Assembly: GCF_006345805.1 (NCBI RefSeq) | Contig: NC_043003.1 | Span: forward strand, 69,936,001-70,000,000 | Direction: 5' to 3' | Source of the DNA: Octopus sinensis | Lineage: Eukaryota | DNA: 64,000 nt | Shown: positions 52,216-64,000 of the stretch, in pieces | How the letters are laid out: every line of letters starts with the position of its first letter | Position numbering within the stretch: the stretch's first letter is position 1 | Translations under genes and position numbers: made by a program | Notes under the pieces: generated by a model | What the model saw: only the letters and a program-made list of their open reading frames with translations | The model's database searches: none | Told to the model about the DNA's origin: nothing

Positions 52216-55149
52216 TGAAAGTGTGTAATATTTAAAGTAATCTAGCAACACATTACAAAATGTTGCAAAAATACCTTAGCAACAGAAGAAAATATGACTG
52301 TTTCTTAAAAGTAAGTTAGGAGTAGAGTTGAACATAAGGCAAGTGATCTCCATAGTGAAAATATCTTATATGATAACAGTAAAACAAAACAAAAAGCAGA
52401 TGATAACATTTTATAAAAAGCAAACTTCCATTACAGATGAACATAAACCAAATCACAATAACGAAAAAACTTTAAAAGCCAGAAAGTTCTTCATCATTGA
52501 ATCTTATAAACTCACCATCCCTATTGCTGGTGTCATATCACTGTCTTCTAATAATATCACTGTCTTCTAATAATTCTTTCTACTATAGGCACAAGGCCTG
52601 AAATTTGGGGGTAGGGCACCTGTTGATGAGATCGACTCCAGTACACAACTGTTAGTTAATTTATCGGCCCCGAAAGGATGAAAGGCAAAGTCGACCTTGG
52701 TGGAATTTGAACGCAGATTGTAGCAATGGGCGAAATATCGCTAAGTATTTCATCCAGCATGCTAATGATTCTGCCAGTTCACCGTTTTACTGTCTTCAAA
52801 TAATGCATTCCTCTTTGGTGCCATGAAGAGCATTGCTTGAGTCTATCTAATTGTAATGCATCAGCTGGCACTGGTGAGCATTGCCAATCCATTGTTATGG
52901 TACATACTTTTACAATACAAGGAAAACTAATAATGTTTAAGTAGATATATTGTTATTATGGTGTCAGTTGTGAGTTCAAATTCTGCTGAGGTCAACTTTG
53001 CTTTTCATCCTTTCAGGGTCATTAAATTAAGCACCAGTTGTGTACAGGGGTCGATCTAAGTGACTGCACCCCCTCCCAAATTTCAGGCCTTGTACCTATA
53101 GTAGAAAGGATTATTATGGTGTCAGTTTGGTGAGGTAGAAGGGAAAGTCTGGGTTACAATTAGCCTACACTAGTGAACATCTAGGACAAAATTAGCTTGT
53201 GGGAGGGCCCAATTTTGAATATAGAACCCAGGATACTTGGAGACATTTTATTAAAAGGTGAAGTGAATCAGATAAGCACAGACATAGTTGTGTCATGAGA
53301 AGTTTGCTTCCCAACTATGTGGTTGCAGGTTCAGCCCTATTGCGTAGCAGCATGGTGGGGTGGGGGGCTCTTATAATGTAACCTTGAGCTGACCAAAGCG
53401 TTGTGAGTGGGTTCGTTAGATGGAAACTGAAAGAAGCCTATTGTGTGTGTGTGTGTGTGTCTTTGTGCTTGTGTTCCCCCACCCAACTTGACAACTGTGT
53501 CTCTGCAATGTAGCAGTTTGGCAAAAGTGACTGATAGAATAAATGTCAGACTTAAAGAATGATATGTGGGTTGATATGTCTGACTAAAATTCTTCAAGGT
53601 GGTGCCCCAGCATGGCCATAGTTTAATGACTGAAACAAAGTATGAAAGGTAAATGGTCTCATATGCCATCAAATATGGTTTCTCATCAGAAGCAATGGTT
53701 AGGACTTAACAATTTAATCAAATGATTTGCAAATTTTGAATTAAATCTATTCTTGATAAAATGTTGAAATGTTGATTTATGCATCTACTTAATGAGACAT
53801 TTTAGTCCTATTGAAAAGGGCGTGATATATACTGAATGCATCGTTAGTTATGGAAATCAACAAACTGACATTTCCAGCTGTTGCATTAAATGAAGAAGTT
53901 TTGGAACAGAGTAATGTCTCACTGCCCTTTAACCAAACAGTTTAAGCCTAAATTCAAATTCTTTTATTCTTTTACTTGTTTCAGTCATTTAGACTGAGGC
54001 CATGCTGGAGCACCGCCTTTAGTCGAGTAAATCGACCCCAGGACTTATTCTTTTGCCGAACCACTAAGTTACGGGGATGTAAACACACCAGCATCGGTTG
54101 TCAAGCAATGTTGGACACACACACACACACATATATGCATACATACGATGGGCTTCTTTCAATTTCCATCTACCAAATCCCCTCACCCCCCTCACAAGGC
54201 TTTGGTTGGCCTGAGGCTATAGTAGTAGACACTTGCCCAAGGTGCCACGCAGTGGGACTGAACCCGGAACCATGTGGTTGGTGAGGAAGCTACTTACCAC
54301 ACAGTCGCTCCTGTGCCTAAACAAAATCAACGTCAATCATCCAAGAGTTGAAACTGTGGAATAAATTTTACACTCTTGGCCAAAAGTGAGCTCTAACCTT
54401 TCAAACTGACCCTTTCCTCAAAGAGTGATGAAATATTGGTGTTGGTCGAATAATACATTTTAAGCTTGGTTAAATGAAGACCTGTATTTAACACCCACAT
54501 GTGCAGCTATGTTGCCCAAGCTTTGATCATATAGGGTCTGTTCAATTTGTGTTAGGATTTCATCATTATCATCATCGTTTAACATCTGTTTTCCATGCTG
54601 GCATGGGTTGGACAGTTCAACTGGGGTCTGGGAAGCCAGGAGGCTGCACCAGGCCCCAATTTGATCTGGCAGTGTTTTTACAGCTGGATGCCCTTCTTAA
54701 TGCCAACCACTCCGTGAGTGTAGTGGGTGCTTTTACGTGCCACCGGCACAGGGGCCAGAGGAGTGGGCATCAACCAAGATTGGATGGTGCTATTTACGTG
54801 CCACCAGCATTGAAGTCAGTCAAAGTGGCACTGGCATCGGCCATGTTCAGATGGTGCTTTTTACGTGCTACCAGCACGGGGTCACAACTACAATTTCCAT
54901 TTGATTTGATTTTGATATTGCTGTTGATGTTGATTCTTGAAGTTAAATCAATACCAATCAAAATATTTTGTTGGGTAGAATTATAAAAGATTTTTCAGTT
55001 TAGAATCTGTGTACAAAATAATTATATTCAACTCTCCTAGCTTATATAATCAAATTCAGTTGGAACCTGAAAGTTCACTGGTATAGCTGTTATGGATTGA
55101 AATTAATCAAATATTGTACAAATATAATCATTTCTGTTGTTAACTGTTG

Positions 55150-55505
55150 TGGGTGTTTCCACCCGTAACATGGAGGAGAGAAAGACGAACAAAAACAGGA
55201 GCCAGACTAGTTGCTATCTGTTTGTGCTGGTTGCCACCAAGACTTCAGAAGTTCTTGGACCCTGCACTGCTAATTTCCTCTGCAAAATCAGAATAACTGT
55301 TGCCTGTCTAAGAAACAAACCCCATGAGGTGGGGTGGCTGTTGCAGTGAGTATTACTGGCCATTCTCCATGGCAACACTTTTGCAGTCATGTTTGTGAGG
55401 CGTGGCCAAACACTCCATTTGTTTTGGGGTGGACAACCCATTACTCCTTTCCCACCCCCGTCTTCTGCTGCTTAATCGCCCCCCTTTTTTCTTTGTTTCC
55501 TTGGT
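55150..55505 (+). mobile_element. CRE-clade (RLE) non-LTR retrotransposon 3' fragment
   Basis: EERKTNKNRSQTSCYLFVLVATKTSEVLGPCTANFLCKI..EVGWLLQ*VLLAILHGNTFAVM resembles the CRE C-terminal pattern (AEERK..KY..F.PVAVETLG.WGP..FL.QR.S.AIQRGNA). Confidence 0.7.
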
Positions 55506-57120
55506 GAAGTAGTTATGGGTTTTTTTTTTGATAATTTCATCTTTTATACTTTTGACATTTTTTACTTTCTTTCTCCTTGTAAAAATATGTTGTTAATAAA
55601 GAAATTTTTAATTGTTTCAAACTGACCCTATTTTGTGACTAATTTTGAAAATCAGAGAGAAAATGGACAGATTTAATGCTTAATTAGTTAATTTACAAAG
55701 GGAAACTTATAATTCTTTGGAACCAATAAACAAAACTACTCAGAAAATGGGATCATAAAGCCCTGTTGTAAATCTTGTGGAGATTTCATGTATGAAAATG
55801 GAGGGAGTAGAAAGTAGACCCCTTTGGAAAATGTTTTCCCTACAATGAGTGTTTAGGTAAAGTAAAGCATTTTCCTAGCATGACTTATGATTAAAGGAGT
55901 TGGATTAGTTGAGGTAGTTTCATAGAAAATTCCAAGATTTTTCTACCAATATGAGATAGTTTAAAATTTCATCCTTATCATCATCATCATCAACAACAAC
56001 AACGGTCTGGCTCTGTGTTAAGAAGCTTCCTTGCCAACCACATAATTCTGGGTTCAGTCCCACTGTGTGGCACCTTGGACAAGTGTCTTCTACTATAGCA
56101 GATGGAAACTGAAGGAAGCCTATTGTCTGTGTGAATGTACACACACATACACACACACATATACCTTTGTTTGTCCCCCACCACTGTCTGACAACTGCTG
56201 TTGGTGTATTTATATCTTTGTAACTTAGCAGTTTGGTCAAAGAAATTGATAGAATAAGTACTAGGCTTTAAAAACAAAAAAAACTACTGGGGTTGATTCA
56301 TTCGACAAAAAATTCTTCAAAGTGATGCCCCAGCATGGCCGCAGTCTAATGACTGAAACAAGTAAAAGAAAAACGCTTAACTGATGAAAGAAAAATCCAT
56401 AAAACACACACACACACACAACAAAAGTAGCTTTGCAGAATATCTCCAGTATTTTTCCTAGCAAAATGAGGATAGAATCTTTTAAATGTCATCGCCAATT
56501 GAATGTAAAATATTTTCATAGCAGCATCACTTTCTCAGGTAACATTTAAATACATTTCGTTTTCTCTTTCAATTGTAAACGCTCTGAATACTTTGTAAGA
56601 TTCGTGAAAGATATTTCAAGTTGAATTAGTGAGTTGATAGAATATTTACACCATGTCAAATTGAAAGAATATACTTTAAACCTGGTAAGCCATTAACTCT
56701 CATGTAGTACGTTACTTTTGATTATCTTGTTGGTTTGCAAAATTAAAACTGAAAATTTGGAGTTGATACTCTAAACTTGCAAAGTATTCTATAATCCATA
56801 ATAAATAGGCTTTAAGCCATTTCTAGGTTTCTTTTTGCCTGGTTCTTTTAATTGGTCTGCAGCCATGTTGGGCCACCACTTTGAAGGGATTTAGTTGACA
56901 AAAGATTGGCTCCAGTAATTGTTTTTAAGTCTAGTACTTATTCTGTCAATCTTTTCTGCTTAGCCACTAAGTTATAGGGTTGTAAACAAGCCAACACCAG
57001 TTGCCAAGTGGTTGGATGTGGGCAAACACAAAATACACACACACACTCTCTCACACTCACACACTCTCTTACACTCACACACTCTCTCTCTCTCACATAC
57101 ACACACACACACACACACAC

Positions 57121-59476
57121 CTGTTTAGGGACGACTGTTGGAAGAAAGAGTACTCAGCACCATAGCATAAATTAATAATGTTTTTACCTTATCTCATTCT
57201 TTTCTACTTTAGGCACAAGGCCCAAAATTTTGGGGAAGGGGGCCAGTCGATTAGATCGACCCCAGTATGCAACTGATACTTAATTTATCGATCCCGAAAG
57301 GATGAAAGGCAAAGTCAACCCTGGCGGAATTTGAACTCAGAATGTAAAGACAGGCAAAACACTGCTAAGCACTTTTGCTAGGGTGCTAACGTTTCTGCCA
57401 GCTCTCCGCCTTTATCTCATTCTGGTGCATGCACACACACACAAACAAACAGACACATGATGATGGGATTCCACACAGTTTTCATCTACCAAATTCACTC
57501 GCAAAGCATTGGCTGGCTTGATGCTATAGTAGCGAGCACTTATCCCAAAGTGCTGTGCAGTGGGACTGAACTGAAAACCATATAGCTGCAAAGCAAGGGT
57601 AAAAGCATGCTTAAAAAATATCAATATTTAAAAAGGATTTTTTTTTTCCATATCAGCTGGTGGTGATGATGGGGATTCTTTCTTTGTTCATCTAAGGAGA
57701 TTTTTGTTTCTTGTCAGATGGTGCTAAGTTTCTGAATACCCCAAGGAGGTAGTAATTAGGAAATTAACATAAAAAGCTTTGCAAAATAATTTGTGTATAG
57801 CCTACAGCGACACACAAAGATTTTAAAGTTGTATTTTCTAATGTTGAAATAATTATAAAATATATAGACTTAATGCTGGTTACTCTGGCTGCTTCCCTCC
57901 TCTTCTGACTGTATACTAACAATTATATGCAGACACTGATTGTCTCCTGCATATCTTTTGTGTCTGTGTCTGCATTCAGTTTAAAAGACATAAATTTGGT
58001 CTGTGTTCATCCTCAAAATCAATCTTCAAAAAAGAATATGTGCATGCATATGTATGTATGTATGTATGTCTCTCTTTCTCTTTTCTCTTTTACTTGTTTC
58101 AGTCATTTGACTGTGGCCATGCTGGAGCACAGCCTTTTAGTCAAGCAAATCGACCCCAGGACTTATTCTTTGTAAGCCTAGTACTTATTCTATCGGCCTC
58201 TTTTGCCGAACTGCTAAGTAACGGGGACGTAAACACACCAGCATCGGTTGTCAAGCGATGTTTGGGGGACAAACACAAACGCACACACACACACACACCT
58301 GTTTAGGGACGACTGTTGGAAGAAAGAGTACTCAGCACCATAGCATAAATTAATAATGTTTTTACCTTATCTCATTCTTTTCTACTTTAGGCACAAGGCC
58401 CAAAATTTTGGGGAAGGGGGCCAGTCGATTAGATCGACCCCAGTATGCAACTGATACTTAATTTATCGATCCCGAAAGGATGAAAGGCAAAGTCAACCCT
58501 GGCGGAATTTGAACTCAGAATGTAAAGACAGGCAAAACACTGCTAAGCACTTTTGCTAGGGTGCTAACGTTTCTGCCAGCTCTCCGCCTTTATCTCATTC
58601 TGGTGCATGCACACACACACAAACAAACAGACACATGATGATGGGATTCCACACAGTTTTCATCTACCAAATTCACTCGCAAAGCATTGGCTGGCTTGAT
58701 GCTATAGTAGCGAGCACTTATCCCAAAGTGCTGTGCAGTGGGACTGAACTGAAAACCATATAGCTGCAAAGCAAGGGTAAAAGCATGCTTAAAAAATATC
58801 AATATTTAAAAAGGATTTTTTTTTTCCATATCAGCTGGTGGTGATGATGGGGATTCTTTCTTTGTTCATCTAAGGAGATTTTTGTTTCTTGTCAGATGGT
58901 GCTAAGTTTCTGAATACCTCAAGGAGGTAGTAATTAGGAAATTAACATAAAAAGCTTTGCAAAATAATTTGTGTATAGCCTACAGCGACACACAAAGATT
59001 TTAAAGTTGTATTTTCTAATGTTGAAATAATTATAAAATATATAGACTTAATGCTGGTTACTCTGGCTGCTTCCCTCCTCTTCTGACTGTATACTAACAA
59101 TTATATGCAGACACTGATTGTCTCCTGCATATCTTTTGTGTCTGTGTCTGCATTCAGTTTAAAAGACATAAATTTGGTCTGTGTTCATCCTCAAAATCAA
59201 TCTTCAAAAAAGAATATGTGCATGCATATGTATGTATGTATGTATGTCTCTCTTTCTCTTTTCTCTTTTACTTGTTTCAGTCATTTGACTGTGGCCATGC
59301 TGGAGCACAGCCTTTTAGTCAAGCAAATCGACCCCAGGACTTATTCTTTGTAAGCCTAGTACTTATTCTATCTCTTCTATCGGCCTCTTTTGCCGAACTG
59401 CTAAGTAACGGGGACGTAAACACACCAGCATCGGTTGTCAAGCGATGTTTGGGGGACAAACACAGACACACAAACG

Positions 59477-59492
<16 letters not shown>
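57121..59492. repeat. Near-perfect tandem duplication, period 1178 bp
   Basis: CTGTTTAGGGACGACTG at 57121 and 58299. The copies differ by one substitution (TACCCCAAG/TACCTCAAG) and two small indels. The junction lies in a (CA)n tract. Confidence 0.95.
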
Positions 59493-59517
<25 letters not shown>

Positions 59518-59808
59518 GGAGGCGCAATGGCCTAGTGGTTAGGGCAGTGGACTCGCGGTCGTAGGATCGCGGTTTCGCTTCCCAGACCAGGCGTTGTGAG
59601 TGTTTATTGAGCTAAAACACCTAAAACCTCGACGAGGCTCCGGCAGGGTGTGGTGATCCCTGCTGTACTCTTTCACCACTCTTTCTCCTGTTGGCCTGCT
59701 CGCTTAGCCAGCGGGGTGGCGTCATTCGAAGGCTAAAACAATGCGAACGCATTGTGACCAGCGATGTGTAACTACATCTGATGGACTGGTTGGTCACGTG
59801 ATCACGTG
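59518..59808 (+). mobile_element. Young CpG-rich tRNA-derived SINE (fourth family) inserted in (TA)n
   Basis: Head GGAGGCGCAATGGCCTAGTGGTTAGGGCAGTGGACTCGCGGTCGTAGGATCGCGGTTTCG with A box and B-like box. Ends in TCACGTGATCACGTGA and is flanked by (TA)n on both sides. Confidence 0.8.
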
Positions 59809-61458
59809 ATATATATATATATATACAACAGGCTTCTTTCAGTTTCCGTCTACCAAATACACTCACAAGGCTTTGGTCGACCCGAGGCTATGTAGGTATG
59901 CATGTATGTGTGTATGTATGTATGTATGTATTATTTTACTTGTTTCAGTCATTTGACTTCAACCATGCTGGAGCACTGCTTTTAATCAAACAAATCAACC
60001 CCAGCAGTTATTCTTTGTAAGTTTAGCGCTTATTCTATTGTCACCTTTGCCGAACGACTAAGTTACGGGGACGTAAGCACACCAACATCAGTGTCAAGCG
60101 ATGGTGGAATGGTGGGGGCACACACACACACACACATACATACATGCATACACACACACAATGGGCTTCCTTCAGTTTCCATCTACCAAATCCACTCACA
60201 AGGCTATGGTCGGCATTAGCCCTGGGTGCCACACAGTGGGACTGGACCTGGAACCATGTGGTTGGGAAGCAAGCTTACCACACAGCCGTCCTGCGCTTAT
60301 ATATATATGTATATGCACACATACACAAAATTATACATTTAACTATGGAATAAATAAGTTAGCTTTTAACTTTATTGTTTTGGTTTTGTTGCTGCTTTCA
60401 GTTCTCCTTACTCTCTGACTGGTTTTAGTCATAGGTGCAGTTGTGGGTGTGTGGTCAAGAAGTTTGCTTCCCAACAACATAGCTTCAGGTTCAGTCCTAC
60501 AATGTGGCACTTCGAGCAAGTGTCTTCTTCTGTAGCTCTGGGTCAAACAAAGCCGTTGTGTGAATTTGGAACATGGAAACTGAAAGAAGTAGCAGGATTT
60601 ATGTGATAAACAAAGGCACATAAACATATTTAAATCAGCTATTAGTGACATGCAGTGTTTTTGCCAAATATTACTTAGCACATCCAGCCTAACTTGGATG
60701 TGTTAATTTATATGCATATACATACATACATGCATGCATGCATGCATACATACATACATACATATATATGTGCCGGTGACATGTAAAAACCACCATTTGA
60801 GCATGGCCATTGCCAGTGCTGCTTGACTGGCTCCTGTGCTGGTGGCACAGCCACCTGGCTTGCCAGTCCCCAGTCAAACTGTCCAACCCATTACAGCATG
60901 GACATCAGGTGTTAATTGATGATGATGATGATTATATATGATGGGTTTCCACCCAGTTTCTTCTTACCAAATCTACTCACAAATCATTGGTTATTCCCCA
61001 GGCTGTAGTAGAATATATTTGCCCAAGGTGCTGTGCAATGGGACTGAACTTGAAATCATGTGGTTGGAAAGCAAGCACAGCAATGCCAATTCATTCAAAA
61101 TGTAGTTGTTTCTCATTTGTTAATACATTTCTGATTTTGTTTTTATTTTGCTAATTAGAAGATTAAGAATAATGATTAAGAACATGATTGCTTTGTTGGT
61201 TTACTTAAAAAGGATTTTAAAAGTTAGACATAACTGACTGAAATTGAATCCACAGGGTTTAAGCCTCGTAAATAATAATATAAATAATAAGATAAACATT
61301 TTGTTTGGTTTTTGCCCTTGTTGCTTAGAGGTTTGGCAGAAGCAACCAGCAGAAAGAGTACTGGGGTTGATTTACAGTTCTATATTTAAGAGATGAGGAA
61401 TTATGTACATTATTTACATTATTTACATTTGACAGATATTTGTCCTCATCTTGTTTTT

Positions 61459-61504
61459 AACACAACATTTCGGCTGATATACCTTCCAGCCTTCATCAGG
61501 TGTT
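61459..61504 (-). ncRNA. Minimal type I hammerhead ribozyme motif
   Basis: Minus strand reads AACAC-CTGATGA-A-GGCTG...CAGCC-GAAA-TGT-T/GTGTT, with a perfect 5-bp stem I. Confidence 0.68.
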
Positions 61505-61782
61505 TTGGGGAAATTTTGAACCTGGGTTCTCATTCCTAAGGTATTTTTCAATGTTATTATTATTATTATTATTATTATTCGGGTCGCTGCCTGGATTTGA
61601 ACTCAGAATCTTGGGGTTAGCCCGCGCTTTTAACCACTTTGCCATATGCCCATGGCTACTAGCTCCAAGATTCTGAGTTCGATTCCAGGCAGCAACCTGA
61701 ATAATAATAATAATAATAATATAATAATAATAATATCGAGAAATACCTTAGGAATGAGAACCTAGGTTTGAAATTTCCCCAA

Positions 61783-61825
61783 GACGCCTGAAGAAGGCTG
61801 GAGGGTATATCAGCCGAAACGTGTT
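61783..61825 (+). ncRNA. Minimal type I hammerhead motif with a small deletion at the cleavage site
   Basis: GACGC-CTGAAGA-A-GGCTG...CAGCC-GAAACGT-GTT. It retains the ACGT palindrome but is 3 nt shorter than the other three copies. Confidence 0.55.
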
Positions 61826-61997
61826 AACAACAAACAAGATGAGGACAAATATCTGTCAAATGTAAATAATGTGGGGTTGATTTGTTTGATAAACTCCTTC
61901 AAGATGGTGCCTCAGCATAGCTGATAGATTATCAAATGAAATGAAAATGAGTAAAATAAGTAGAAATGCCAGGTTAGTGAATGAGATTCTAACCACC

Positions 61998-62148
61998 AAC
62001 TTGTTACCAGTTCAAATATATTTGGGGGACATATTCAAAGTTATGAGAAAGTCATTCTCTGTATTTTGTGAATGAGAAAAGAGATTGAATGGTTTTTTTT
62101 TTTATGAGTTTGAATACGCTTCAAGCATATTTGAACTGGTAACAAGTT
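61998..62148. repeat. Perfect 22-bp inverted repeat enclosing 107 bp
   Basis: AACTTGTTACCAGTTCAAATAT (61998-62019) and its exact reverse complement (62127-62148). Confidence 0.9.
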
Positions 62149-62811
62149 TATATTTATATCTTAACACTTTCACTTCATAAAATTCTACTTAATGCTGTCA
62201 TTAATTCTAAAGAATTCCAAATTCAGTGTATGAAAAACAATATTTGAGGATAATATTTACGTTCTCTGCTGACAAACTGATATAGGCATGTCTGGATTTT
62301 GATGCAATGGACTGTGAAGAACTACTGAAATAGTTGATCGATCCCAAAAGCGCTGATGTAGGGAAGGCTTGATACCAGCCTGTCTGGTGTGAGGATAGTT
62401 GCTGGCAAAATAAACTGCCGATTTGAAAAATTCATGTTTGAGTCACTGGGGTATCACAAATACAACAATGAGGTACCAACTACAAGATCATTAAATCATT
62501 TCTCATGAAATGGTAATTTATAGTTCTGATGGCAATGAGACTTTTTGTTTCATTTAATCCTTTTTTTTTTTTTTTTTTTTTTTGAAATAGCAAAAAAACA
62601 TTCTCTAGAATTGTCTGTTAAAATGGTTTTCATGAACTCTGCTCCTTAATAACTACTGGATTACATTGAAAGAATGTGCTAATTTTACAGATGGAGAACC
62701 AACATCTAGTTTTCATGTCTAGCTCCAGAAATTTGGATTCCTCTAATTTGTTTACTCTTGAAAACCAATGTTTTAATAAGGCAAAAAAAAAGCAAAACAA
62801 ACAAAAACTGG

Positions 62812-63095
62812 GTTGTGGGTTCAATACCTGGCAGTGCATTGTATACTTGAGCAAAACATTTTATTTCACATTGCTCTCCAGTCACCCTCAACTGGCAAAA
62901 ATGAGTTGTACCTGTAATTCAAAAGGGGCCATCCTTGTCACATTCTGTGTTATGCTAGATCTCCCTGAGAACTCTATTAAGGGTATACATGTCTGTGGAG
63001 TGCTCAGCCACTTGCACGTTAATTTCATGAGCAGACTGTTCCATTGATCAGATCAACTGGAACCCTCATCGTCATAACCAACAGAGTGCCAGGTA
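62812..63095 (+). mobile_element. Older tRNA-headed SINE, also present at ~19660-19975
   Basis: Both loci share GGTTCAAT..CTTGAGCAA(G/A)ACA.TTTATTTCA..TTGCTC..CAGTC..CCTTGTCACATT. Confidence 0.65.
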
Positions 63096-64000
63096 TCTTA
63101 CAACAAATAGTTTTAACACTTCTGTGGCAATTCTACTTCTTTTAAAAAAAAAAGCAACTTTTGTTATCCGTGTCAATCTGACTTTCCCACACAATACAAC
63201 ATCAAGCTTGCGTTTTACTGAAGCTGAGAAATTGATTTAAAACCTTACTACCTGTCACTGTTTGATAGGTATCAATGTAGGTTACATACTTAAAAAAAAA
63301 AATAACCTTATTTCCTCTATCTAATCTACTAATCTCAACATTATCTAATCCAGTTATCATCATCTTCAATATAAATATTAGTGTTATTGCATTAGCCTGG
63401 AAGTTAGGTTCACTATGTTCATTTTTTTTTCTTCCATTAGTGTTTTGTGGTTTTTACTTGCAACTAATCAACCAACAAGATTTCTTTTTTCGCTCTTGTT
63501 TTTTTTTTTCCCGCCTCTCAGAGGATACTCTTTAGTAGTTTTTGAATATCATTTCGGCCTTTGATTTTTTTTTTTTTTAGAAAATGTATAAATCTTTTTT
63601 TTATCATAATATTTGTGTGTTTGCAAACTCCATTAGCTTTGTAAGATTAACAAGTTGCCTCTATCCTCACTTTTATGTTTCAAGAGATTTCTGTTGTATT
63701 TGTGAATGTACTTAGATGAAATATCTTAACTTGTGTGTATTGGATAATGGATGTCTTTTGAGCCAAATGTTCAGCTTTTTGATGTCCATTTTAAATTGTG
63801 TAGCAACCAGTTTGTATGACAAACAACAGAACATAATTACTAAATTTTACATATAACATAGGCATAGATGTGACTGCGGTTAAGAAATTTGCTTCTCAGC
63901 TGTGTGGTTTTGAGTTCAGTCCTCCTGAGGGGCACCTTGGGCAAGTATCTTCTGCTATAGTCCCAGGCCAACCAAAGCTTTGTGAGTGGATTTGATAGAT

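Larger units (their letters stand above)
61374..61872 (-). mobile_element. Fold-back tRNA-headed SINE with Penelope-type terminus and twin hammerhead motifs (copy 2)
   Basis: Same family in the opposite orientation: full monomer 61374-~61647 (-) and inverted truncated copy ~61654-61872 (+). Perfect TSD GGGGTTGATTT at 61363-61373 and 61873-61883, inside an older SINE. Confidence 0.88.
39710..64000 (+). other. Intron following the alpha-adaptin start exon (>24 kb, runs off the window)
   Basis: GTAAGT donor at 39710. No acceptor-led sequence encoding (C)[22 protein letters not shown] was found by eye up to 64000. Confidence 0.7.

Noticed and set aside
54501-54986. 161-aa ORF as a gene
   Set aside because: It is a translation of a SINE-B copy, and the same peptide recurs at 46744-47163 and 32503-32832.
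55853-55880. AG/GTAAAGTAAAG as the start of alpha-adaptin coding exon 2
   Set aside because: It reads CKVKH rather than CKSKEAE and has no polypyrimidine tract.
59518-59595. tRNA gene
   Set aside because: Imperfect cloverleaf continuing into a ~220-bp SINE body.
62260-62520. GC-richer stretch with a ~75-codon minus-strand open frame
   Set aside because: No start codon, splice signals or recognisable motif. Probably a TE remnant.
31-63047. The ~170 ORFs of 60-160 aa in the supplied track as genes
   Set aside because: Nearly all are translations of microsatellites (YIYI, HTHT, CVCV) or recurring SINE sequence. Only TE remnants and the 44.2-kb peptide show recognisable motifs, and the true exon is too short to be listed.

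Overview
AT-rich eukaryotic genomic DNA crowded with microsatellites and SINEs. The repeat landscape looks like a coleoid cephalopod, most likely Octopus (inferred from recognition, not searched). Only one host coding exon is recognisable: the start-codon exon of the AP-2 complex alpha subunit (+ strand, CDS 39646-39709, [22 protein letters not shown]). It has a strong upstream splice acceptor, so the gene has untranslated upstream exon(s). The next coding exon (expected [22 protein letters not shown]) was not found before base 64000, so that intron exceeds 24 kb. The rest is mostly decayed mobile DNA: at least four SINE families, RTE, R4/Dong-like and CRE-like LINE fragments, mariner pieces, and hAT- and piggyBac-type MITEs. 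The standout observation is a ~440-500 bp element present twice (48528-48966 and 61374-61872). Each copy has a tRNA-like Pol III head, an (AAT)n linker and a Penelope-type terminus carrying a minimal type I hammerhead ribozyme motif. Each is inserted as a fold-back with a hammerhead in both arms, a 33-nt tail on one side only, and a target-site duplication. A second Penelope-terminus family with hammerhead motifs, several long hairpins (candidate ADAR substrates), a 1178-bp tandem duplication and a WDR76/CMR1-like peptide on the minus strand also merit checking. All identifications were made by eye and repeat boundaries are approximate.
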